Assembly: GCA_009837085.1 (NCBI GenBank)
Contig: VXUF01000077.1
Coordinates: forward strand, 85,144 to 149,143
Direction: 5' to 3'
Source: Holophagales bacterium
GTDB taxonomy: Bacteria; Acidobacteriota; Thermoanaerobaculia; Multivoradales; Multivoraceae
DNA: 64,000 bases
The notes under the pieces are model-generated. The model was not told the DNA's origin. It was given only the letters and a program-made list of their open reading frames with translations, and made no database searches. Positions 46,799 to 55,972 of this stretch are shown here, piece after piece. Numbering within the stretch: the first letter of the stretch is position 1; each line of letters starts with the position of its first letter. Made by a program: the position numbers and the translations under genes.

Positions 46799-49684
46799 TC
46801 AGCGTCTCGCCCGGGGCGTCATCGTCGTCGTGTGACGTTCGCCGTCGCGCACGTAGACGACTTCGATCGGTTCGTCGACCTTCACGGCGTCGAGGGCGTA
46901 GGTGTAGTCGTAGATGTTGGCAATCGTCTGGCCGGCGAATTCGACGATCACGTCGCCGCCCTGCAGACCGGCTTCGGCGGCCGGGCCGCCCTCCATCACG
47001 CCGCCCAGCAGCAGGCCTTCCACCTCGCTCGCGTAGTCGGGGATGGTGCCGGTGTAGGCGCGCACGGTGTCGCGGCTTCCGCCCTGCTGGAGGGTCCGCT
47101 CGACCTTTACGAACTCGAGCGGCTCGGCCTGGTTCGCGGCGCGGCGTGTCAGCAGGGCGGCGAAGCGGGCCACGCGCTCGAGGTCGTCGTAGTTGATGCG
47201 GTCCGCCGTGTCGGTCGGCCGGTGATAGTCCTCGTGGGAGCCGCTGAACAGGTTGACGGTCGGAACGCCGGCGTTGTTGAAGCTCGACGTGTCGGTCGGC
47301 AGGTACGGGTCGGTCTGCACGCCCAGATCGAAGCCGACCGGGACGTTGGCGGCTTCGACCAGCCCCGTCCAGTCGGGACTCGAGCCGACCGCCTGGACGG
47401 TCAGCCGGTTGTCGCGGACCCGGCCGACCATGTCCAGGTTCACGTAGGCCGCGATCTGATCGGCCGGTATGACGGCGTCGTCGACGAAGTCCGCCGAGCC
47501 CAGCAGCCCCAGCTCCTCGCCCGACCAGAAGGCGAGCGCGACGTTCCGGTCGTGGCCCATCTCGCGCAACTGGCGCGCGGCCGCGAGCACCGCCGCCGTG
47601 CCCGAGGCGTTGTCGTCGGCGCCGAGGTGAATGGCGTCCTTCTCGTCCGGCCGGGCCAGCGAGTTGCCGCCGCGGCCCCGGCCGAGGTGGTCGTAGTGGG
47701 CGCCGACGACAACCCACGGCCTGGCGAGGGTTTCGGCCTTGCTGCCGGGCAGGACGGCGACCACGTTCCGCGCCGTGCTGCGCTCCCGCTCGATCTCCGT
47801 CTTCAGGGTGACGCGGACGCCGGGAAGCTCGAAACCCGCGTTGTGCGGGTTGCCGTCGTCGAAGCTCTTCTGGATCTCCTCCAGATTGCGGCCGGTGCCG
47901 CCGAACAGCGCGTTCGCGACCTCGCCGCCGATGCTGGCGGCGGCGACGCCGGAGCCGGCCGCCGCGGTGTCGAAAGCCATGGGGATCGTCTCGCCGGCGT
48001 TGGGTGAGCGCGGACCGGTCAGGACGAGGAGCCCTACGGCGCCCGCCTCCCGCGCGGTCAGTGCCTTGTAGCGGAGTCCCGAGTAGCGGTTGAGTATGGA
48101 CCGCGCCTCGCCCTCGAGATCCTCGGGGACGTAGCGCAGGACGACGGCGATCTTGCCGCTGACGTCGAGTGTGGCGTAGCTGTCGTAGCCGAACTCCTGC
48201 GAATCGGGCACCCGAATGCCGTAGCCGGCGAACACTGCCTCTCCTTCGACCTCCGTCGAGTCGGAGAAGCCCAGGGCCTGGATCTGTGTCTGGTCGCTGA
48301 ACGCGGCGTCGCCGTCCTCCGTCTCGATGCGGATCGTCGAGCCCGTGTCCCGAGTGCCGGAGGTGAACTCGAAGTCGAGCAGCAGGTCGTCCTCGCCGGG
48401 AAGCGGCTCGGCGCCGAGCGCGACGAGCTGCTCAGACAGGTACGCGGCGGCTCGTCGCTCGCCCTCCGTGCCCGTCAGCCGGCCGCCGAACTCGGGTGAC
48501 GCGAGAGTGGTCACGTGGCTCTCGAGCGCGGATCGCGGATCGGCCGGCGGGCCGGAGGCTTCGCGGTCCGGCGAGGCGGCGAGAGCCGCGAGCGCTGCCT
48601 CGTGGTTCCAGTCGGCGATGTAGAGCTGGCCGCCGTCGCCGCCGTGGCGGCTGGAGGTCCAGACGAGCTGGCGGCCGTCCGGTGACGGCACGGGCAGACC
48701 GTCGAAACGGTCCGTATAGGTGACTCTGACCGGTTCTTTCGTGCCTTCCGTGTCGATGATGAAGACCTCGAAGTTCTCGAAGCCGAGCTTGTTCGAGGCG
48801 AAGAGGATGTAGTCGCCCGAGGGGTGCTGGTACGGGGCCCAGCTCATCGCGCCGAAGTCAGTCAACTGTCGCTGGTCTGACCCGTCGGGGTTCATCGACC
48901 AGACGTCGGCGATCAGGCCGTCCTCGCTGAAGCGTCGCCAGACGATGCGGGAACCGTCGGCGAAGAAGAAGGGGCCGCCGTCGTATCCGGGCACGTTCGT
49001 GAGCCGTGTCTGTTCGCTGCCGTCGGCGCGCATGACGTAGATCTCGCCGAAGTAGGCGGGGTCGACCTCGAGCAGGTTCGATTCGCGCTCGGAGAGTTCC
49101 CGGTTGAAGGCGTCTCGCGTGGAGGCGAAGACGATCCACTCGCCGTTCGGCGAGTAGGCGCCCTCGGCGTCGTAGCCGCGCGCGTCCGTCAGCCGCCGCG
49201 GCTCGCCTCCGGCCATCGACACGGTGTAGATGTCCATCTCCGGGTCGTAGTCCCAGGCGTAGCGACGCTCCTGGCCCGAGGCGCGAAAGTCGAGCTCCTG
49301 CTGCTGGAGTTCGGCCGAGCGCGGGTCGTGGTGGGTCGACCCGAACAGGATCTCCGAGCCGTCCGGACGAATGAAGGCGCAGGTCGTCTTGCCGATTCCG
49401 GTCGAGACTTCCCGGGTGTCGCCGGTGGCCAGGTCGAGCAGGTAGATCTGGTAGAACGGATTCTCGGGCCGCCGCTCGCTCTGGAACACGAGGAGCCGGC
49501 CGTCACTGGAGAAGTAGCCCTCGCCCGAGCGCTTGCCCTCGTAGATCAGGCGCCGGGTTCGTTCCAGGAAGGTGCTCTCGTCGAGGGCGCCGTCCTCGGC
49601 GTGGACAGTCGTCGGTGCGGCCGGGAGCGTCAGGAGTGCGACTGCCCAGACGGCAGCCAGATGTGTGGTGTTGGGAGTCTGCAT
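46799..49684 (-). CDS. Secreted tri-domain protease: TolB-like PD40 beta-propeller, PA/M28 aminopeptidase, C-terminal PDZ
   Basis: It has PD40 repeats ('SSDGRLLVFQSER', 'RPDGSEILFGS', 'SPNGEWIVFAS', 'SPDGRQLVWTSSRHG'). The M28 motifs are 'GAHYDHLG', 'ADDNASGTAAVL', 'FWSGEELGLLGS' and 'NLDMVG'. The PDZ region is 'GGVMEGGPAAEAGLQGGDVIVEFAGQTI'. Confidence 0.8.
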   Translation of the reverse strand: MQTPNTTHLAAVWAVALLTLPAAPTTVHAEDGALDESTFLERTRRLIYEGKRSGEGYFSSDGRLLVFQSERRPENPFYQIYLLDLATGDTREVSTGIGKTTCAFIRPDGSEILFGSTHHDPRSAELQQQELDFRASGQERRYAWDYDPEMDIYTVSMAGGEPRRLTDARGYDAEGAYSPNGEWIVFASTRDAFNRELSERESNLLEVDPAYFGEIYVMRADGSEQTRLTNVPGYDGGPFFFADGSRIVWRRFSEDGLIADVWSMNPDGSDQRQLTDFGAMSWAPYQHPSGDYILFASNKLGFENFEVFIIDTEGTKEPVRVTYTDRFDGLPVPSPDGRQLVWTSSRHGGDGGQLYIADWNHEAALAALAASPDREASGPPADPRSALESHVTTLASPEFGGRLTGTEGERRAAAYLSEQLVALGAEPLPGEDDLLLDFEFTSGTRDTGSTIRIETEDGDAAFSDQTQIQALGFSDSTEVEGEAVFAGYGIRVPDSQEFGYDSYATLDVSGKIAVVLRYVPEDLEGEARSILNRYSGLRYKALTAREAGAVGLLVLTGPRSPNAGETIPMAFDTAAAGSGVAAASIGGEVANALFGGTGRNLEEIQKSFDDGNPHNAGFELPGVRVTLKTEIERERSTARNVVAVLPGSKAETLARPWVVVGAHYDHLGRGRGGNSLARPDEKDAIHLGADDNASGTAAVLAAARQLREMGHDRNVALAFWSGEELGLLGSADFVDDAVIPADQIAAYVNLDMVGRVRDNRLTVQAVGSSPDWTGLVEAANVPVGFDLGVQTDPYLPTDTSSFNNAGVPTVNLFSGSHEDYHRPTDTADRINYDDLERVARFAALLTRRAANQAEPLEFVKVERTLQQGGSRDTVRAYTGTIPDYASEVEGLLLGGVMEGGPAAEAGLQGGDVIVEFAGQTIANIYDYTYALDAVKVDEPIEVVYVRDGERHTTTMTPRARR

Positions 49685-49697
49685 GAGCGGCTGCCGA

Positions 49698-49725
49698 GGC
49701 TAGCACTGGGCACCCGGTGCTAGCC
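49698..49725. promoter_or_regulatory. 9-bp perfect inverted repeat in the divergent promoter region (possible operator)
   Basis: ggctagcac-N10-gtgctagcc lies 14 nt upstream of the protease ATG (minus strand) and ~145 nt upstream of the symporter ATG (plus strand). Confidence 0.25.
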
Positions 49726-49868
49726 TGCCGGCCGATGTGGGGCGGTTTGCCGATCTCGACCTGGTTGTTGCTCGCGGTGTCGGTCGGTGCCGGGCCCGCT
49801 CTGGTCCTGCTGCGGTGGTGGTCTGAGCAGCGCCGCCGCGCTCGTGGGTCCGCGCGGAGCGGTGCCGC

Positions 49869-51346
49869 ATGACGGCGAGCGCCCTGGTCCTCGTCCCCCT
49901 GGGCCTCTACATGCTGGTCCTGATCGGGCTCGGCCTGTGGGGCCGACGCGAGGGAGGGAGCCTCGAGGGCTACTACGTCGCCGGCAAGAAACTGCCCTCC
50001 TGGGTCATCGCCTTCAGTTCGAACGCCACCGGCGAGAGCGGCTGGCTGCTGCTCGGCCTGACCGGGATGGGCTACGCGGTCGGCTTCCACGCGCTCTGGG
50101 TCGTGTTCGGCGAAGTGATGGGCGTCGCGATCGCCTGGACCCTCGTTTCGCGTCCGTTCAAGGAGTACACCGACCGGTACCGGGCGATCACCGTTCCCGA
50201 CTACCTGGAGCAGCGGTTCCGCGACCGCCGGCAACTCCTGCGGAAGCTGAGCATCGCGATCATCCTGTCGATGGTCGCGGTCTACTGCTGCGCCCAACTC
50301 GTGGCGACCGGCAAGGCCTTCTCGTCCTTCCTGGGCTTCAGCTACGTCACCGGCGTGTTTCTGGGCGCGGGCGTCACGATCGTCTACACGGCGGTCGGCG
50401 GCTTCAAGGCGGTGGCCTACTCGGACCTGGTGCAGGGCCTGCTCATGGTGGGCGGGCTCGTCATGCTCCCGATCGTCGGCATCGCGGCCGCGGGCGGCTG
50501 GGACGAAGTGATCGGGGCCCTCGAGACGGCCGATCCCAACCTGTTGCGCGCGATGGGCAGCCACGGTGCGACCTGGGCCGGCGTGCTGTCGGCCGCGAGC
50601 TTCGCCGGCATCGGGCTCGCCTTCCTGGGCGTGCCGCAGCTCCTGACCCGGTTCATGTCCGCGGCTTCGGGCCGCGAACTCGTGCGCGGCGGCCGGGTCG
50701 CGGTCGTGTGCATGGTGCTGTTCGACGTCGGCGCGGTGTTCACCGGGATCGCCGGCCGGGCCCTGTTCCCGTTGCTGGACGATCCGGAAACCGTGATGCC
50801 GACCATGAGCGCGGAGCTGTTTCCTGCCCTCTTCACCGGCATCTTCCTGGTCATCGTTCTGGGCGCGATCATGTCGACCGTCGATTCCCTGTGATCCTCG
50901 CCTCGTCGGCCGTCGTCAGGGACTTCGGGCAGAAGATCCTCGGCGCGGCGCGCGGTGACGGTCGCCTGTCGCGCTACGGCAAGTTCGTCACCGCGCTCGT
51001 GGGTCTTGTGGCCATCCCCTTCGCCCTGTTCGAACCGCCGCTGCTGTTCTGGTTCATGCTGTTCGCCTGGTCGGGGCTGGGCGGCGCCTTCGTTCCGGTC
51101 ATCCTCTGTTCCCTCTTCTGGAAGCGGACGACGTTGCCGGGTGCGCTGGCCGGGATGGCGGCGGGCTTCGCCGTGACGGTGGCCTGGGTGGTGCTGTTCA
51201 AGGCGTCCTACTACGACCTCTACGAACTCATTCCGGGGCTCATCGCCGGGACGGCGGCGACGGTGATCGTCAGCCTGAGGACGGAGCCGCCGGATGGCGC
51301 CGCGGCGGAGTTCGAGGACGTTCACGCGACGGTAAGGGGTTCCTAG
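49869..51346 (+). pseudogene. Sodium:solute (SSS family, PutP-like) symporter interrupted by a 1-nt frameshift
   Basis: The N-terminal 341 aa (49869-50894) ends '...GAIMSTVDSL*'. The conserved continuation 'ILASSAVVRDFGQKI...' reads on in the frame one nt back, to 51346. Adding one base after 50891 restores 'STVDSL(L/V)ILASSAVV'. Confidence 0.8.
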
Positions 51347-51362
51347 GGCTACACTGCCCGCC

Positions 51363-53996
51363 ATGCGCAGACTGCCCTTTGTTCTCCTGCTGGTCGCTTC
51401 GTTGGCGCTACCGGCAACGGCCGAAGAACTCACGTACTACCTGCCGGACGCCGGGAGTCCTTCAGCCTACGATCCGGACGTGCCCCGGCCGTCCGCGGTG
51501 TTGGGCTACGAGGTCGGCGAGTGGCACGTTCGGCCCGATCAGCTCAATGCCTACATGCGGGCCGTGGCCGCCTCCTCGCCGCGGGTGAGCATCTCGGTGC
51601 AGGGGAGGACCCATGAACAGCGTCCCCAGCCCCTGCTCACCATCACTTCGCCGGAGAACCACGCTCGGCTGGACCGGATCCGCGAGAGCCGGCGGGGCCT
51701 GGTCGACCCCAGGCAGCCCTTGGCGGAGGTCGAGGATCTGCCCGTCGTCATCTGGCTCGGCTACAGCATCCACGGCAACGAGCCGAGCGGCGCGAACGCT
51801 TCGATGCTGGTTGCCTACCACCTGGCCGCGTCCCGCTCCGACGTGGTCGCCGAGCAGTTGGAGCAAGCCGTCATCCTGCTCGACCCGAGCCTGAATCCGG
51901 ACGGGATCGGCCGCTTCGCCCACTGGGCGAACACGAACCGGGGCATGGTGCTGAATGCCGACCCCGGTCACCGGGAACACCGGGAACCGTGGCCGGGCGG
52001 CCGCACGAACCACTACTGGTTCGACCTGAACCGGGACTGGCTCCTGCTGCAGCACCCCGAGTCGCGGAACCGCATGGTGACCTGGAAGGCCTGGCAGCCG
52101 AACCTCGTCGGCGACTTCCACGAGATGGGTTCGAACGCCACGTACTTCTTTCAGCCCGGGGTCCCGAGCCGGCGGAATCCGCTGATTCCCGAGCGCAACG
52201 TGGAACTGACCGAAGCGATCGCTGCCCACCACGCCGCCGTGTTCGACGGCGTGGGCCGGCTCTACTACACGCAAGAGGGCTTCGACGACTTCTACCTCGG
52301 CAAGGGATCGACCTACCCGGACGCGCACGGCGCGGTTGGCTTTCTGTTCGAGCAGGCGAGCGCGGAGGGGCACCGGATCGAGACGGTGAACGGCGAACTC
52401 GCGTTCGTCTTCGGGATCAAGAACCAGTTGCTGGCGTCCCTGTCGATGGTCGAAGGCGGGGTGGCCAAGCGCCTGGAGCTGCTCGAGCATCAGCGGGACT
52501 TTTTCCGCGGCGCACTCGCCGCGGCCGAGGCCGAACCGGCGGCCTACGTGTTTCACCTGGACGGCGACCGAGGCCGTGCCCACCGGATGCTCGACCTGCT
52601 CCTGAGGCACGAGATCGAGGTCTACGGGACAACGAGGGAGGTCGCGGTCTCCGGCCGCGTCTACACGCCGGGCACGTCATGGTTGGTGCCGCTGGCGCAG
52701 CCCCAGTCGACGCTCGTGCGCTCCTTCTTCGAGATCGTGACCGAGTTCAACGATTCCGTGTTCTACGACGTTTCGGCGTGGAGCCTGCCGCTCGCCTTCG
52801 GCGCGGAGTACGACCTGCTCGAAGGCGGCGCCTACCGTCCCGGTTTGCTCGGCACGGCGGTCAGCGACGCCGCGATCGAGCCAGGCGCGTTTGGCGCTGC
52901 TCCCGGAGATACGCCGACCTATGCCTACGCGTTCTCCTGGGACGGCTACTTCTCGGCCCGCACCCTCAATCGCCTGCAGCGGGCGGGCGCGCGGGCGCGG
53001 GCCGCGACGGGTTCGTTCGTCGCGGAGACACCGGACGGACCCCGCGCTTTCGGACCGGGATCGATCGTCGTGCCGGTGGGCCGCGAGGGCGAGCCGGGCG
53101 CCAACGCGGAGATCGACCTGGAAGCGATCCTGGCGGAGGCGGCTGCCGCGGACGGTGTCGACGTCGATCGTCTGATCAGCGGGCAGGCCGCGGCCGGGAT
53201 CGACCTCGGCAGCCCGAGCCTGCGGCCATTGGTTCCGCCGCGCCCCCTGCTCGTCACCGGCCGGGGGGTGCCTTCGTACCGGGTCGGCGAGGCATGGCAC
53301 GTCCTCGACGAACGCTTCGGCGTCGAAGCGTCCCTGGTCGACCTCGGAGCGCTCGGCACTGTAAACCTGGATCGCTACACCCACGTCGTGCTGGCCCTGG
53401 GCGGCTTCGGCGGCGGGGCGCCCCGGGAAGAGGTTCGGGATCGTCTCCGGACCTGGGTCCGGAGCGGCGGCGCCGTCGTGGCCATCGGCGCGGCGAGCCG
53501 CTGGGCGAGCGCCGAACTACTGGGACGCGAAGGGGCGACCGAGAACGCGGTGGAGGACGCGGATGCGTCCGAAGCGTCGGAACGCCGCCGCTATGCCGAT
53601 TTCCGTGACCAGCGCGCGGCGCAACTCATGGCCGGCACGATCGTCGGCGCCGAACTGGATCTGACGCATCCCCTGGCCTACGGCTACAGACGGCCGGAGC
53701 TGGCGGTGATCCGAACCGGCGAGTGGATCCTGCCGGCCAGTCCCGATCCCTTCGAGAACGTCGCCCTGTACCAGGACCCGCCGCGGCTCTCCGGCTGGAT
53801 TTCGCCGGAGAACCAGCGCCGCCTGGCCGGCAAACCGGCCGTCATCGCCAGCCGGATGGGCCGCGGCGTCGTGATCCAGCTCCTCGACAATCCGAACTTC
53901 CGCGCCTACTTCTACGGCTCGAATCGTCTGTTCCTGAACTCGATCTTCCTGAGCGGTCTGATCGACGCGACTTCGGCGCCGGACGCCTGGCAGTAG
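51363..53996 (+). CDS. Secreted M14-family zinc carboxypeptidase with large C-terminal extension
   Basis: It has a signal peptide, the HxxE zinc motif 'YSIHGNEPSG', and 'DPSLNPDG'. The 877-aa length implies extra C-terminal domains. Confidence 0.8.
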   Translation: MRRLPFVLLLVASLALPATAEELTYYLPDAGSPSAYDPDVPRPSAVLGYEVGEWHVRPDQLNAYMRAVAASSPRVSISVQGRTHEQRPQPLLTITSPENHARLDRIRESRRGLVDPRQPLAEVEDLPVVIWLGYSIHGNEPSGANASMLVAYHLAASRSDVVAEQLEQAVILLDPSLNPDGIGRFAHWANTNRGMVLNADPGHREHREPWPGGRTNHYWFDLNRDWLLLQHPESRNRMVTWKAWQPNLVGDFHEMGSNATYFFQPGVPSRRNPLIPERNVELTEAIAAHHAAVFDGVGRLYYTQEGFDDFYLGKGSTYPDAHGAVGFLFEQASAEGHRIETVNGELAFVFGIKNQLLASLSMVEGGVAKRLELLEHQRDFFRGALAAAEAEPAAYVFHLDGDRGRAHRMLDLLLRHEIEVYGTTREVAVSGRVYTPGTSWLVPLAQPQSTLVRSFFEIVTEFNDSVFYDVSAWSLPLAFGAEYDLLEGGAYRPGLLGTAVSDAAIEPGAFGAAPGDTPTYAYAFSWDGYFSARTLNRLQRAGARARAATGSFVAETPDGPRAFGPGSIVVPVGREGEPGANAEIDLEAILAEAAAADGVDVDRLISGQAAAGIDLGSPSLRPLVPPRPLLVTGRGVPSYRVGEAWHVLDERFGVEASLVDLGALGTVNLDRYTHVVLALGGFGGGAPREEVRDRLRTWVRSGGAVVAIGAASRWASAELLGREGATENAVEDADASEASERRRYADFRDQRAAQLMAGTIVGAELDLTHPLAYGYRRPELAVIRTGEWILPASPDPFENVALYQDPPRLSGWISPENQRRLAGKPAVIASRMGRGVVIQLLDNPNFRAYFYGSNRLFLNSIFLSGLIDATSAPDAWQ

Positions 53997-54137
53997 AAGG
54001 TCCGAAAGATCGCTGCCTTGGCGGGAATCTTGCGTTCACTCGTGCCGCTGTGCTGAGATCCCGCGGGCCGACCCCGGTCCGGCGTGCAGAATCGTCGCGT
54101 CACAACCGGGTTCAGGCCACTTTGACGCACGTTTCAC

Positions 54138-55193
54138 GTGCGGGAGCCCGCCAACCCTCAACTGTTTACGGAGAAGTCGAGAGTGACCGAAACCGACCAC
54201 CCCGACTCTGTCCCACCCGCAGCAGCGGCGGAGGCCGAGACCGCGCCGCCCGATGCCGACGCGCCGGGCGAGGTCCTGATCTCCGTCGCCGACCTGACCA
54301 AGCACTACGGACCCATCCGCGCCGTCGACGGAATCAGCTTCGAGGTGCGTCGCGGCGACGTGCTCGGCTTTCTCGGGCCCAACGGCGCCGGAAAGACGAC
54401 GGCGATGAAGATGATCACGGGTTTCCTGGAACCGGACCGCGGTTCGATCACGGTCGCCGGCATCGATGTCGCCGCCGATCGCCTCGCCGTCAGCCGGCGG
54501 ATCGGCTACCTGCCGGAGGACGCCCCCGCCTACGGGGAAATGACCGTCGAGGCCTTTCTCGGCTTCATTGCCGAGGCGCGGGAACTCGAGGCGGCTGAGG
54601 AAGCGATCGAGAGGGTTCTCGAGACGGCGCACCTGCGGAGTGTGCGCGGCCAGACGATCGAGACCCTGTCCAAGGGCTACAAGCGCCGGGTCGGTCTGGC
54701 CCAGGCGCTGATCCACGATCCGGACGTGCTGATCCTGGACGAGCCGACGGACGGTCTCGACCCGAACCAGAAGGCGGTGGTCCAGGATTTGATCTCCAGC
54801 CTGTCCTCCGACCGCTGCATCGTGCTCTCGACCCACATCCTCGACGAGGCGGAGCGGGTGTGCAACCGGGCGGTGATTCTCTCCGAGGGCCGCATCCTGG
54901 TCGATTCGACGCCCGAGCACCTCGTGAGTCAGGCGCCCGGCCACAACGCCGTCCGTTTCCGGGTCACGGAAGGAGACGCCGAGGAGGTGGCGGCGAGACT
55001 GGCCGAGGCCGAGTGGTGCGCGTCGGCCCGCGTGCTGCCCGGCGGCGAGGTCGAGGTGGAGCCCAGGGACGGCGAGAACCGGCTGAATGACGTGCTGGCC
55101 GTAGTCGGCGAGCACCGCGTTGCCGACGTCATGGTGAGGGAGGGCCGGCTCGACGAGCTCTTCCGCGACGTGACGAGAGGAGTGGCGGCATGA
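54138..55193 (+). CDS. ABC transporter ATP-binding protein (ABC-2/GldA-like)
   Basis: It has the Walker A 'GPNGAGKTT', the signature 'LSKGYKRR' and the Walker B 'LILDEPT'. An alternative GTG start at 54183 has a GGAGA 8 nt upstream. Confidence 0.9.
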   Translation: MREPANPQLFTEKSRVTETDHPDSVPPAAAAEAETAPPDADAPGEVLISVADLTKHYGPIRAVDGISFEVRRGDVLGFLGPNGAGKTTAMKMITGFLEPDRGSITVAGIDVAADRLAVSRRIGYLPEDAPAYGEMTVEAFLGFIAEARELEAAEEAIERVLETAHLRSVRGQTIETLSKGYKRRVGLAQALIHDPDVLILDEPTDGLDPNQKAVVQDLISSLSSDRCIVLSTHILDEAERVCNRAVILSEGRILVDSTPEHLVSQAPGHNAVRFRVTEGDAEEVAARLAEAEWCASARVLPGGEVEVEPRDGENRLNDVLAVVGEHRVADVMVREGRLDELFRDVTRGVAA

Positions 55194-55951
55194 GCGCGCT
55201 GGCGCGCCGGTTTACCGGCATGAGGGCGGTGTTGCGCCGGGAGTTCCGCGGCTACTTCGCTTCTCCTCTCGGCTACATCTTCATCGTCATCTTCCTCATT
55301 GCCAGCGGCTATCTCATGGTGTCGCGGGACTTCGGCCGCTTTCTGGAGCTGCGCGAGGCGAACCTCGACGCCCTCTTCAGCTACCTGCCGTGGATCTTCG
55401 TGGTCCTGGTGCCGGCGGTTGCGATGCGGCTGTGGGCGGAAGAGCGCCGTTCCGGCACGGTCGAGCTGCTGCTCACGCTGCCGATCACGCTCGAAGGTTC
55501 CTATCTCGGCAAGTTCCTTGCCGGCTGGGCCTTCCTTGCCGTATCCGTGTTCCTGACCTGGCCGGCGGTGTTCCAGGTGGCCCGGCTCGGCGACCCCGAC
55601 TGGGGCGCGATCTTCGCCAGCTACGTCGCGACGCTGCTGGCGGCGGCGGTGCTGCTGGCGATCGGCCTCCTGTTCTCGGCGCTGTCGAAGAACCAGGTGG
55701 TCGCGTTCATCCTGGCGGTGGCGGCTTCCGTCGGCTTCCTGCTGATCGGCGTGCCGCAGACCCAGGAGTTCGTCGGGAAGTGGTTCGGCGGCTACGTTGA
55801 GCGGCTGGTTTCCTCGCTGAGTCTGCTCGATCACTTCGAGGCGCTGACCCGGGGCTTGCTGCAGTTGAACTCCTTGCTGTTCTTCGTCCTGTTTACCGTC
55901 GGGTGGCTGGTCTGCGGCATGTTGGTGCTCGGCCAGACGAAGACGAACTGA
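55190..55951 (+). CDS. ABC-2 type permease (GldF-like)
   Basis: It has six TM helices and is 253 aa. Its start forms an ATGA overlap with the ATPase stop. Confidence 0.8.
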   Translation: MSALARRFTGMRAVLRREFRGYFASPLGYIFIVIFLIASGYLMVSRDFGRFLELREANLDALFSYLPWIFVVLVPAVAMRLWAEERRSGTVELLLTLPITLEGSYLGKFLAGWAFLAVSVFLTWPAVFQVARLGDPDWGAIFASYVATLLAAAVLLAIGLLFSALSKNQVVAFILAVAASVGFLLIGVPQTQEFVGKWFGGYVERLVSSLSLLDHFEALTRGLLQLNSLLFFVLFTVGWLVCGMLVLGQTKTN

Positions 55952-55972
55952 AGCCAGATAGAGGTTGGGCAG

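Noticed and set aside
50880-50895. Programmed ribosomal frameshifting in the symporter.
   Set aside because: I see no X-XXY-YYZ slippery heptamer and no obvious downstream stimulatory structure. The break falls in the middle of a conserved TM motif. This fits a 1-nt indel or a sequencing error.
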